A DNA stretch of 64,000 bases from Escherichia phage moskry. Both the position numbers and the translations under genes were made by a program. Positions 1 to 7,907 of the stretch are shown in pieces. The stretch's first letter is position 1. The number at the start of each line of letters is the position of its first letter. The notes under the pieces are model-generated. The model ran no database searches. It was given only the letters and a program-made list of their open reading frames with translations, and was not told the origin of the DNA. Location of the stretch: sequence record MN850651.1, one strand, 5' to 3'.

Positions 1-358
1 GAGAATACGTCTTACCAATACCGGCTGCACCTGAAATAATGAGTGAACGAATTTTGCCATCGATAATGCCATTCGTCATCATGTTCATTACTTTAAAGCG
101 TTTGTTGATACGAGTTTTCATATCTTCAGTGCTTTCAACAACTGCAACTGGTGATGTCTCAACTCTTTCCATTACGATGTCTGATTTGAAGACCCATACT
201 CCACGTTCAGAACCATCAATCATAACGAAAATTTTACCGTCACCTAAGTGGGAACATTCAGGATTAAGCTTTGCTGGGAACCAGGTCTTTGTGGCAACAT
301 AAGAACCAGAGATTTCGTTATTACGATAGATACCTTTTTTGATTTGAACGTTGAACAT
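1..358 (-). CDS. P-loop NTPase, N-terminal 119 aa only (gene runs off the window start)
   Basis: Minus-strand frame open from ATG 358 to position 1; Walker A GAAGIGKTYS at the window edge; SD GGAG upstream; alternative ATG at 379. Confidence 0.5.
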   Translation of the reverse strand, partial: MFNVQIKKGIYRNNEISGSYVATKTWFPAKLNPECSHLGDGKIFVMIDGSERGVWVFKSDIVMERVETSPVAVVESTEDMKTRINKRFKVMNMMTNGIIDGKIRSLIISGAAGIGKTYS

Positions 359-387
359 TTTATTCTCCAATTTACTCATTTCGTTTC

Positions 388-426
388 GATAGGTCTATAA
401 TAACATATCCTAAAAGCATGTACACT
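388..426 (-). promoter_or_regulatory. PeSL-like early promoter cassette (degenerate copy)
   Basis: Minus-strand reading gives TGTACA -35-like, ~17 nt, TATTAT -10-like, then leader CGAAACGAAATGAGTAAATTGGAGAATAAAATG shared with other copies. Confidence 0.45.
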
Positions 427-445
427 ACTTTTTAAAAATATTTTA

Positions 446-472
446 ACCCCCTAAAGGGACCCGAAGGTCCCC
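446..472 (-). terminator. Conserved stem-loop element (GGGACC-CGAA-GGTCCC), terminator-like, copy 1
   Basis: Perfect 6-bp stem just 3' of the stop of gene 477..758; near-identical element at 18815..18841; no clean U-run. Confidence 0.35.
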
Positions 473-476
473 ACAT

Positions 477-758
477 TTACTTATCACACTTAGCAACATA
501 ATTAGGCATATCACAGAATACGGAGCGAGTAACTACTCGACCCTTTGACCATGCTTCAGTTGCTTGTCCGGCCGTGCTATTAATATAGCTTGATTTAATG
601 TTCTCAATACCCTGAGAATGTGATGCATTTACCGAACCATTGGAAGGCCCAGAAGACTGGCTACCACCAGCTCCTGCACTACCGCTGGCTGCACCCGTGG
701 TAGCACCAACAGAGAATGCCATCATTACTGCGAATAAACCAATTACTAATTTTTTCAT
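477..758 (-). CDS. Small secreted or lipoprotein-like protein, Gly/Ser-rich
   Basis: ATG start; N-terminal MKKLVIGLFAVMMAFSVGA signal-like hydrophobic segment; 93 aa. Confidence 0.45.
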   Translation of the reverse strand: MKKLVIGLFAVMMAFSVGATTGAASGSAGAGGSQSSGPSNGSVNASHSQGIENIKSSYINSTAGQATEAWSKGRVVTRSVFCDMPNYVAKCDK

Positions 759-789
759 ATTTACCTCAAGTTAATGGTTATTTATCTAT

Positions 790-1779
790 TTATTTATAGT
801 AAGAATTATGATTTTCGAGATAGACTTGCTCAAGGAAATCATCCCAGAAACTCATATCTACTTTTTGTTGCATACCATTCTTGGCAGCTCGTTCTGATGC
901 TTGTTCAACTTGGTCAACGATATCTTCTAGGAATTCTTGTACAGTTTTAAACGTATGTTTACCAAGCTTAACATCGAGAATAAATGGAGCATCCTGAAGT
1001 GGGTAAACCAGGTCGCCGGTTTTGTAAATTTCTAATAGTTGAAGTCCACCACGACATGCATGACTCAATGCTTTCCAGTCAATACCTTCGTTGGCTTCTG
1101 CCTTACGAGCACGTTCACCATAGTTCTCTTCCAGTTTAACCAGGATGGCATTGAACTCTTTATTGGTTAACGTGTCTTGGAACTTACGGTCTAACAGATT
1201 ATAGAATGTTTGCTTACCTGTTTTCTCGTTTTCGGTTTCAACCCACGAAGCAAATTCACCTACAGGCAGAACATTCTTCATATGTGATAAACGAATTACT
1301 GCACCATTATCAAAGTATTGTCCCCATTCATTAGAACGTTTAAGGGCTTGACGAAGAACAGCCAGTCGAGAACCCTTGACACCGTATTTAGAAGCTTGCT
1401 TACGGACATACCCTAAATAAGATTTCATGTTAGTGGTATAGAAACGAGACCTGTTATCTTGAATATACTTCCATACATCAGGCAAATCAGATTTAACTAC
1501 TAGACTTTGTGGAGTGTGAAGCATATCTAATGCGACGGTTTCACCATCCGTAGCTAGTTTAAAGAAATATTTGAGACTATACAACTCATGGTCCACGTCG
1601 TCTTTTGTGTTCTTAGAAGATGTGTTATTCGTGTTCTTGCTCATATGTTCTTTAACGTTACCGGTCAAGATATCACGAGCATGAGGGACATAAATTTCTT
1701 TAAAATCAACGTCAGATTCTGGGGTAGACGTTCCATAAAGGTGGCTACCAAAGTAGCCTTTCATAATTGTTTTCATCAT
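790..1779 (-). CDS. Pol-beta-type nucleotidyltransferase-like protein
   Basis: 329 aa; ATG ATG start; N-terminal motif YFGSHLYGTSTPESDVDF fits the GS-x(9-13)-DxD signature of the nucleotidyltransferase fold. Confidence 0.55.
   Translation of the reverse strand: MMKTIMKGYFGSHLYGTSTPESDVDFKEIYVPHARDILTGNVKEHMSKNTNNTSSKNTKDDVDHELYSLKYFFKLATDGETVALDMLHTPQSLVVKSDLPDVWKYIQDNRSRFYTTNMKSYLGYVRKQASKYGVKGSRLAVLRQALKRSNEWGQYFDNGAVIRLSHMKNVLPVGEFASWVETENEKTGKQTFYNLLDRKFQDTLTNKEFNAILVKLEENYGERARKAEANEGIDWKALSHACRGGLQLLEIYKTGDLVYPLQDAPFILDVKLGKHTFKTVQEFLEDIVDQVEQASERAAKNGMQQKVDMSFWDDFLEQVYLENHNSYYK
791..798 (-). promoter_or_regulatory. Candidate late promoter (TATAAATA on minus strand)
   Basis: Plus strand reads TATTTATA about 33 nt upstream of ATG 758; matches T4 late promoter consensus. 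Confidence 0.35.
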
Positions 1780-2249
1780 TTAGCCTTATATTCAAGAGTA
1801 GGACAGACTTTTTCTTTACGAGCTTTAAGGTATTCGCCTATTAATGATTTCTTACGTTCAATAGGCTCAAGTCCATTTTTAATTCGTTCTTGGTTTTGTG
1901 CAATGAACTCAATTTCTTTATAATATTTTCTGTCGTTATATTTGTCTAACAACCAAGACGGACCAATTACCAACCCGGTAGCAATAAAAGCCATGACTGC
2001 TACCATTAAAATGCCTACACCGATTGAAGCCGGAACTAATGACCATAGACTGCTAAAAACAAAGAATTTAGTTAAAATTTCCTGGCCAATGATTGTGACT
2101 GCGGCTAAAATCGCAAATCCAATAATTGAAACAGCCAATACCGGGATTAACGTTTTCCAAAAATAAGCACACAACGTTTTCGGACGATTCCATGTACTAT
2201 TGAACGCGGCATAAAGTTTAAAGTGCCAAGAGTTTTCATTGATAATCAT
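1776..2249 (-). CDS. Membrane protein, hypothetical
   Basis: 157 aa; ATG start; two long hydrophobic segments. Confidence 0.5.
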   Translation of the reverse strand: MIINENSWHFKLYAAFNSTWNRPKTLCAYFWKTLIPVLAVSIIGFAILAAVTIIGQEILTKFFVFSSLWSLVPASIGVGILMVAVMAFIATGLVIGPSWLLDKYNDRKYYKEIEFIAQNQERIKNGLEPIERKKSLIGEYLKARKEKVCPTLEYKAK

Positions 2250-2258
2250 AATAATTCC

Positions 2259-2792
2259 TTATTTCAAAGTTGGGATAATAGAATCGAGATAAGCTTTAAG
2301 AGCAACTGCCTCATCTTTGTCTAATGTAATGATATGTTGACGAAGGTCATCAATTTGGCGAATAACTACGACATCACCATCTTCATAAGAAGGATTAACG
2401 CCTAGGACTGTTGTATAGTCAGGGCGGTCCTGATTTGTAATAAAAGCATTACGGCATTTAGCCCATTGAAGTTTGGCCTTTTTGGCTGTTTCAGATTCCA
2501 TTAATTCTTTCACCTTAGTGACAAATGTTTTCCAATTATTGATAGAAAAACATTCGTCTTCAGTTTCGATATTGGCTGCGTTGTAAAGACCAGGATAAAA
2601 ACGAACTTGGAGGTCTTCACCAATGTTAATTACCTCTCGACGACGTCCAGACGGATTGAGTTTCAAAATCTTGTCCAGTTCCATAGGAAGAATAGTAGCA
2701 GCATCATCTTCTTGTGTCAGAACATACACATAACCACGTTTTTCGATACATAAATCACCAAACAACTCGGTTGTTTCAATTACAGTTTTCAT
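2259..2792 (-). CDS. Hypothetical protein
   Basis: ORF track starts at TTG 2804; first ATG is codon 5 (MKTVIETT), giving 177 aa. Confidence 0.5.
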   Translation of the reverse strand: MKTVIETTELFGDLCIEKRGYVYVLTQEDDAATILPMELDKILKLNPSGRRREVINIGEDLQVRFYPGLYNAANIETEDECFSINNWKTFVTKVKELMESETAKKAKLQWAKCRNAFITNQDRPDYTTVLGVNPSYEDGDVVVIRQIDDLRQHIITLDKDEAVALKAYLDSIIPTLK

Positions 2793-2793
2793 A

Positions 2794-2973
2794 TTATTCA
2801 CCAATTAAAGTTTCAACAAAATTCACCAAATCATTCAGACAAGCATCAACCTGTTTTTCATAAAAGTCTTCGTTATCATTTACTGCGTGATAAGCTACAT
2901 CATTCAAATCCGAATCGGCTTCACGTAAGTCATGGATAAGGTCCATCAATTTATTAGCTTGTTCACGGGTCAT
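2794..2973 (-). CDS. Small acidic protein (59 aa), below ORF-track cutoff
   Basis: ATG at 2973; translation MTREQANKLMDLIHDLREADSD...; stop TAA overlaps next ATG (TAATATG). Confidence 0.35.
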   Translation of the reverse strand: MTREQANKLMDLIHDLREADSDLNDVAYHAVNDNEDFYEKQVDACLNDLVNFVETLIGE

Positions 2974-3099
2974 TTTACCATACTCGTTTCAATAAGATTC
3001 ACTATGCCGTTTACCATGTTATAAGTAAACATCGGATAATTGTATTGTACTACAACATAAGCGATAAGCAAAAGTTTCATTTTGTTCTCCGTTTGTTTT

Positions 3100-3139
3100 G
3101 ATAGGACTACTATAACATAGTCCTACCAAGATGTAAACT
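3100..3139 (-). promoter_or_regulatory. PeSL-like early promoter cassette
   Basis: Minus reading: GTTTACA, 17 nt, TATAGT; inverted repeat TAGGACTA/TAGTCCTA around -10; followed by leader CAAAACAAACGGAGAACAAAATG. Confidence 0.5.
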
Positions 3140-3341
3140 ACCGATTGTGTTTTAAATGTTGATAAAGTTCTTCAACTTGTTTAGGGTCCAAAACAATTAG
3201 GTCATTTTCTTGACGAAGATAAATCCATCCCTTATCCCCAGGTCCATTTTTACAAAACATCACCACCATATCATCTTCAGCGCTTTCAGGTAAAAGTTCA
3301 AGTACACCGTCTTCAGATTTTCCAGTATAATCGTAAAGCAT
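3138..3341 (-). CDS. Hypothetical small protein
   Basis: ORF 3138..3368; ATG at codon 10 (3341) has SD GAGGA and avoids overlap with the upstream gene; alternative ATG at 3368. Confidence 0.4.
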   Translation of the reverse strand: MLYDYTGKSEDGVLELLPESAEDDMVVMFCKNGPGDKGWIYLRQENDLIVLDPKQVEELYQHLKHNR

Positions 3342-3348
3342 AATATCC

Positions 3349-3528
3349 TCACATAATCTCGTTAACATACATTTGCAATTCGGTGTGGGCGTCAGCCATC
3401 TTTTTCATAGCTCTGTTAATGTCGATGTCTCCATCTTCGCAACCATGAGCATTTTCCCAATCAGATACCGCATTAGCGTACTCTTCAATCAAAAACATTA
3501 ACTTAGAAATTTTTTCTTTACGTGACAT
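3349..3528 (-). CDS. Small protein at the rI.-1 position
   Basis: ORF track starts at TTG 3597 inside the upstream cassette; ATG at 3528 is preceded by SD GAGGAG; 59 aa. Confidence 0.45.
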   Translation of the reverse strand: MSRKEKISKLMFLIEEYANAVSDWENAHGCEDGDIDINRAMKKMADAHTELQMYVNEIM

Positions 3529-3532
3529 AACG

Positions 3533-3585
3533 TTCTCCTCTAGTAAGTAAGGTTTACTATAACACAACCTGAGGAGAAGTAAACT
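3533..3585 (-). promoter_or_regulatory. PeSL-like cassette with SD-containing stem
   Basis: Minus reading: GTTTACT, 17 nt, TATAGT; arms TTCTCCTC/GAGGAGAA, the 3' arm being the SD of the ATG at 3528. Confidence 0.5.
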
Positions 3586-3595
3586 GATAGATGCC

Positions 3596-3622
3596 AAAAA
3601 GCCCCAACCATAAGGAAGGGGC
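3596..3622 (-). terminator. Intrinsic terminator (minus strand)
   Basis: Stem AGCCCC/GGGGCT with A-run on plus strand (U-run on the minus transcript), 3' of the stop of rI. Confidence 0.6.
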
Positions 3623-3629
3623 TAGTAAA

Positions 3630-3932
3630 TTAGATAGATGTAGGCTCTAATTTTATTTTCATGAACTCGGCAAATTGTCTGGCAGTTTTTATGCCTTGTT
3701 CATGACATTCAAATGCATCATCACAGGGGCTATTTTTGTAATGCTTTGCCATATACTTATAGAATTTTTCAGAATTCTCGACATTTTGAATTTCAAACAA
3801 AGTATATACGTTTTTAATCCCTGATTCCATAAAGTTATCAAAATATGGGTCAACATATGCAGTGCCAACAATAGGAGTTGTTGCTGCAAAAAACCCCAGC
3901 ATCGCCATGACAGCTATCGCTCTTAAGGCCAT
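3630..3932 (-). CDS. rI: Antiholin RI (lysis inhibition)
   Basis: 100 aa; ATG with SD AGGAGG; recalled T4 RI similarity (MAL..A..AMLG..., DP.FD.FMESGI, NSPC..FEC); N-terminal signal-anchor. Confidence 0.8.
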   Translation of the reverse strand: MALRAIAVMAMLGFFAATTPIVGTAYVDPYFDNFMESGIKNVYTLFEIQNVENSEKFYKYMAKHYKNSPCDDAFECHEQGIKTARQFAEFMKIKLEPTSI

Positions 3933-3944
3933 ATAGGCCTCCTG

Positions 3945-4157
3945 TTAATTTTGGCCAGTATTTATTTTTCGCCTTTGGACGGCCTTAACATCTGTGAGGT
4001 ATTTTTCCAGCTTGCGCTTGCGTGTATAATCAGCTTTAGAACCAGTTTGACGGATATCCTCGTTTAAATGAGAAATAGAATGTCCTAATTCTCTTCGGAT
4101 TTCATCCAATTGGGTTACAGTAAGATTACGAAGTTGTCTTTCGTTTAATTGCTGCAT
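3945..4157 (-). CDS. rI.1-like small basic protein
   Basis: 70 aa; ATG start; sits between rI and tk as in T4. Confidence 0.5.
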   Translation of the reverse strand: MQQLNERQLRNLTVTQLDEIRRELGHSISHLNEDIRQTGSKADYTRKRKLEKYLTDVKAVQRRKINTGQN

Positions 4158-4184
4158 ATATACCTCTTGGTTAGATATTAGTAT

Positions 4185-4766
4185 TTATAACAACCCTGTC
4201 AAATCATTCCAATGCTTCCGGCATAATGACACATATCTATCGGTATCACCAATTTCAATTTGACTGCCATCTGTAATTGGAAGTCCGTCTTCCGTGACTC
4301 TAGCTACCATTGTGGCCTTTTTACCACAATGACAGACACCTTTAAGTTCAACAAGCTTATCAGCAATAGCCATTAATGCTTGAGAACCTTCAAATAGATT
4401 ACCTTTAAAATCTGTTCGTAGTCCATATGCCATTACCGGCACATTGTATACGTCAACAATACGACTAAGTTGATACACCTTTTCAGTAGTTAAGAACTGA
4501 GCTTCGTCAACAAATACACAGTGAATATCCTTTTGTGCTGCAGCCCATTTATAGAATTCAAAGATATCCATGTCTTTTGTAATTATATTGGCGTCCTGAC
4601 GAATACCAATACGAGAGACTATTTCACCTTTTGAATCGCGAGTATCAATAGCCGGTTTAAGAACTAATACACCCATGCCACGTTCTTTATAGTTATGTGC
4701 GGCAGTAAGTAATGAAGCAGACTTACCAGCGTTCATAGCGGCATATGTAAAAATTAAACTAGCCAT
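4185..4766 (-). CDS. tk: Thymidine kinase
   Basis: 193 aa; P-loop AMNAGKS; C-terminal CHCG..C zinc motif; same length and position as T4 tk. Confidence 0.9.
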   Translation of the reverse strand: MASLIFTYAAMNAGKSASLLTAAHNYKERGMGVLVLKPAIDTRDSKGEIVSRIGIRQDANIITKDMDIFEFYKWAAAQKDIHCVFVDEAQFLTTEKVYQLSRIVDVYNVPVMAYGLRTDFKGNLFEGSQALMAIADKLVELKGVCHCGKKATMVARVTEDGLPITDGSQIEIGDTDRYVSLCRKHWNDLTGLL

Positions 4767-4956
4767 AAGAGTCCTTAGTTAAATTTTCTAAATATGTTTC
4801 CAAATCATTTTCAGCTTTATCGATAGATTTTACTAATTCGTAATATGTTTCGGCATCTCCATAATCAGAAGATAATTCAAAAGACAAATCCTTTTCTAAA
4901 CTAATAATTTCACCAACTAAAAATAATATTTCGTTCTTTTGTTCGCGAGTAATCAT
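4759..4956 (-). CDS. Small acidic protein (tk.1 position)
   Basis: 65 aa; ATG start; shares an N-terminal REQKNEILFL-type motif with the next ORF. Confidence 0.45.
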   Translation of the reverse strand: MITREQKNEILFLVGEIISLEKDLSFELSSDYGDAETYYELVKSIDKAENDLETYLENLTKDSYG

Positions 4957-5144
4957 AAGGAATTTATATAATCAATGAGTTCTTGTTCTTTATTATCGAA
5001 TTCTTTAGAAAGTTCTTCGTACTCGTTTGCGCTAAAAGGACCGCATTCATTACAAACTTTTTCCAATTCGCTATTTTTATCCATAACTTCGTGGATAAGA
5101 GAAAAGAGTCTGTCTTTTTGTTCTTTACTTAAACTCATAACCAT
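4953..5144 (-). CDS. Small acidic protein, paralog of 4759..4956
   Basis: ORF track starts at TTG 5159; ATG at codon 6 (5144); SKEQKDRLFSLIHEV motif; CNEC pair. Confidence 0.45.
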   Translation of the reverse strand: MVMSLSKEQKDRLFSLIHEVMDKNSELEKVCNECGPFSANEYEELSKEFDNKEQELIDYINSL

Positions 5145-5347
5145 GTCACCTTTAAGCAATATTCTTCTACATGTTGTTTACGGCCTTTCTTATCAATAAA
5201 GGTATATTCAACGAATGTTCCGATGTAGTCTTTATCTACATCATGTGGACTATTAATTGGACATTTAGTACGACAAATGCGTTCCCATTGACGAATAATT
5301 ACTGCCTTATTCTTTGGATCGTATGGATGTGGATAATGTATATTCAT
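5135..5347 (-). CDS. Hypothetical small protein
   Basis: ATG at codon 6 (5347) abuts the stop of the macro-like gene; 70 aa; Cys-x3-Cys pair. Confidence 0.4.
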   Translation of the reverse strand: MNIHYPHPYDPKNKAVIIRQWERICRTKCPINSPHDVDKDYIGTFVEYTFIDKKGRKQHVEEYCLKVTWL

Positions 5348-5841
5348 AATAACGGTTCCCAATCAACAATCACAATTTCTAGTTTAGTAGAATACGTATC
5401 TAAAATCTCTTCGATGACATCCCAGTTTCCACCACCAATACCTGCGCCAATTCTTGGCATATAAATTACAGGCTTTGTTATCTTATTCTTTCCGAATTCA
5501 TTTAATTCTATTATACAATTCATTAAAGCAGAGTACTCAAAATTAGGTCCAGGCTCAAACTGCGTATAAAGATTAAAGCAATAAGCTTTATGGGTCTTAA
5601 AATATTTTTCATAAACCGAATAAGACCCGAGTTTAGACTCGTCTCCATATGCAGTTTGAAGTTTATCGGCTTCCAGAATTTTTGGATAAGCCTTTGCTAA
5701 TTGTCCTGCCACACCGGCGCCCATTGTATGAAAACAATTACACCCATGAGCAATATTATTACCTTTAGAAAACAGGGCGACAATATCGCCCTTGATATAG
5801 TTTTTAATCACTTGCTGCAAGTCCTCTATTATAAGAGTCAA
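5344..5841 (-). CDS. Macro-domain-like protein (possible ADP-ribose binding/hydrolase)
   Basis: Motifs NIAHGCNCFHTMGAGVAGQL and PRIGAGIGGGNW resemble macro-domain Gly-rich loops; start is TTG 5841 or GTG 5811, no ATG. Confidence 0.45.
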   Translation of the reverse strand: MTLIIEDLQQVIKNYIKGDIVALFSKGNNIAHGCNCFHTMGAGVAGQLAKAYPKILEADKLQTAYGDESKLGSYSVYEKYFKTHKAYCFNLYTQFEPGPNFEYSALMNCIIELNEFGKNKITKPVIYMPRIGAGIGGGNWDVIEEILDTYSTKLEIVIVDWEPLL

Positions 5842-6151
5842 CTAGACGGTCTACCATAGAATTGCATGCTGCCTTATCTTTAGGTTCCGCCACCGAGCAT
5901 TCTAATATTTGCCATTTTTTATAGTATCTTTTAATTAAGGTAGACGCCTTGAACCTACTAGACGCCCCATCTTTTTCTCCGTCTTTATACGCATATAACA
6001 ATTTTTGTGAAAAATCTACTTTACACTCTTGACTTTTACCACAATAATCAGACGCCGTTCTGTTTGTATACTCCGTTACATCAGTATATGTAGTATTAGC
6101 AAGAGCGTTAAATGAAACCAAGCCAACTATTAAAGCCAACATTTTGGTCAT
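5804..6151 (-). CDS. Secreted small protein with four Cys (same position and length as T4 vs, identity unverified)
   Basis: 115 aa; ATG start; N-terminal MTKMLALIVGLVSFNALA signal-like segment. Confidence 0.45.
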   Translation of the reverse strand: MTKMLALIVGLVSFNALANTTYTDVTEYTNRTASDYCGKSQECKVDFSQKLLYAYKDGEKDGASSRFKASTLIKRYYKKWQILECSVAEPKDKAACNSMVDRLVDSYNRGLAASD

Positions 6152-6690
6152 TCTTTTATTTCCAGTAGTTTATTTGATTTAAGGTAATTAGCCTTTTCTA
6201 GGACTTCAGAAGCATATTTACTTCCAGCACTCGTCTTCCATCCCGCATTATATGAGGATATAGCTTTTCTTATATCCCCGTTATGTATATTTAACCAATA
6301 AGAAAATTCTATATAAGCCCATCTGGCTGAATTAGACCGCTTAGATAGCATTTTCTTAATTTGGGCATCAGTCATATTGTAACCAAGCTGGTTAATTCTT
6401 GCCCTCATTGTTGGTAGATAATTTTGGAACATTCCATACGCATGGTGACCTTTCTTATCTTTAAGATTAATACCGGCAGATGATTCTTGCCATAGTATTG
6501 CGGCCATTATGTATCCAAGTCCTTTCTTATGCATATTTTCATGCGTTTTAAATTTTCCATCCTTAGAAAACTGTTCCCCAAACTGATAAGCATAATTCAA
6601 GTTATCGAGTTGGACATTACTAAAAGTATGCTCGGAGCTATGTGCTGATAATGAAAGAGCAAATAGACCAGCGAGTAGTGCTTTTCTCAT
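6148..6690 (-). CDS. Periplasmic lytic-transglycosylase (SLT)-like protein
   Basis: 180 aa; signal-like N-terminus; WQESSAG and YGMFQ motifs resemble the SLT catalytic-Glu region. Confidence 0.5.
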   Translation of the reverse strand: MRKALLAGLFALSLSAHSSEHTFSNVQLDNLNYAYQFGEQFSKDGKFKTHENMHKKGLGYIMAAILWQESSAGINLKDKKGHHAYGMFQNYLPTMRARINQLGYNMTDAQIKKMLSKRSNSARWAYIEFSYWLNIHNGDIRKAISSYNAGWKTSAGSKYASEVLEKANYLKSNKLLEIKE

Positions 6691-6698
6691 GTTTACCT

Positions 6699-7157
6699 CT
6701 AGATTTTAATCACTGCTTTAGAAGCTTTTCCTGGTAGTCGTTTACTGTTAATAATAGCCATTCTGCATTGAAGAGTCTTCATTTTGAATGCCGGATTTTC
6801 GCGACAAACTGTAAGTCCCAACCAAAGATTTCCATCAGTTATTTCTAAACGGCCTGGACGGTATTCGACACCTTCGACAAAATCTTCATCAACATCTGGA
6901 CGTGCCGGCATTGATAAAAATTCTGCAACTTCTTTAACATGATTTTTTACTTTACGAAATAATTCAAAAACGTAATTCTCATCTATTTCTCTCTGGATGG
7001 CACGATCTAAGAGATGTTGAGAATACTTGATATGAAAGCCTGGTAGTCCAAGAGACTTTGCAGCATCTTTTATACTGGCATTTATTTTGCGGAACTCCGT
7101 TTCAAAGATTCGACGGAGTTTATTACGGCGGATAAAAACTTCCGAATTGATAGTCAT
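6699..7157 (-). CDS. regB: Site-specific RNA endonuclease RegB
   Basis: 152 aa; ATG start; long identical stretches to recalled T4 RegB (MTIN.EVFIRRNKLRR, YSQHLLDRAIQREID, GVEYRPGRLEITDGNLWLG, LQCRMAIINS.RLPGKASKAVIK). Confidence 0.85.
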   Translation of the reverse strand: MTINSEVFIRRNKLRRIFETEFRKINASIKDAAKSLGLPGFHIKYSQHLLDRAIQREIDENYVFELFRKVKNHVKEVAEFLSMPARPDVDEDFVEGVEYRPGRLEITDGNLWLGLTVCRENPAFKMKTLQCRMAIINSKRLPGKASKAVIKI

Positions 7158-7163
7158 TTTGAT

Positions 7164-7215
7164 TTCTCCTCTAGTTGACAGGTCTATAGTAACACAACTA
7201 GAGGAGATGTAAACT
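7164..7215 (-). promoter_or_regulatory. PeSL-like cassette with SD-containing stem (upstream of regB)
   Basis: Minus reading: GTTTACA, 18 nt, TACTAT; 13-bp arms TCTCCTCTAGTTG/CAACTAGAGGAGA, the 3' arm being the regB SD. Confidence 0.5.
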
Positions 7216-7217
7216 GC

Positions 7218-7427
7218 TTATTCTTGGAATGGTGTGAGTTTTCCAGCTATCGAACAAATTTCTACCATTGCAGGATAAAACTCTTTCACTTGTTCAAGGC
7301 GCTGGACAGCGTACCGCATTTCGCCTTCTTCAAGACAAGCCACCTGGTCATCGAGCAAATATTTATGGTAACCAGTACAGGCTTCACTAATGATACGTTG
7401 GAATTCTTGCAAACTTTCAATTTTCAC
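7218..7427 (-). CDS. Hypothetical small protein
   Basis: 69 aa; apparent GTG start with SD GAGGA 9 nt upstream. Confidence 0.4.
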   Translation of the reverse strand: MKIESLQEFQRIISEACTGYHKYLLDDQVACLEEGEMRYAVQRLEQVKEFYPAMVEICSIAGKLTPFQE

Positions 7428-7693
7428 TAGTATTTTTCCTCAGGTCGAAATACTGCACGACACGCCCACATGCTGGCTTCTTTTAGATGTTGCTTAGCGT
7501 ACTTAAGAGCCTGCACTGCATCCATATCTTCTTTGGTTTGTTGCTCTGTTTCGTTTTCTTTCAAGATATATGCTTCTTCAATCAGAGCATCAAACAACAA
7601 TCCAAGACGGACTTCAGCATCTTTAATAGCGTTCACTTTACCGATTTTATCATCAGTATGCGGCTTGTAGCCTTTGATGTCTTCAATCGACAT
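7427..7693 (-). CDS. Hypothetical protein
   Basis: ORF track starts at TTG 7861; ATG at codon 57 (MSIEDIKG) fits the overlap with the upstream gene; 88 aa. Confidence 0.35.
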   Translation of the reverse strand: MSIEDIKGYKPHTDDKIGKVNAIKDAEVRLGLLFDALIEEAYILKENETEQQTKEDMDAVQALKYAKQHLKEASMWACRAVFRPEEKY

Positions 7694-7907
7694 AAGGAAT
7701 TTCCTCATCAGTGGCAAGGTCATATTCGACCAATTGGATAGGCTCATTAATACCATATCCACGTACAGTGATATCAGTTGTCGGATAGTTTCCAGTAATA
7801 TCACCCATTCTAAATGATTCAATGAATGATTGCTCGCCTGAGCAACTAAACCAGGCGGCAAAACATTTTAAAACATCTTCAGACCCTTCTATAATCAATT
7901 TAGCCAT
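7683..7907 (-). CDS. Hypothetical small protein
   Basis: 74 aa; ATG overlaps the stop of the GrcA-like gene. Confidence 0.4.
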   Translation of the reverse strand: MAKLIIEGSEDVLKCFAAWFSCSGEQSFIESFRMGDITGNYPTTDITVRGYGINEPIQLVEYDLATDEEIPYVD

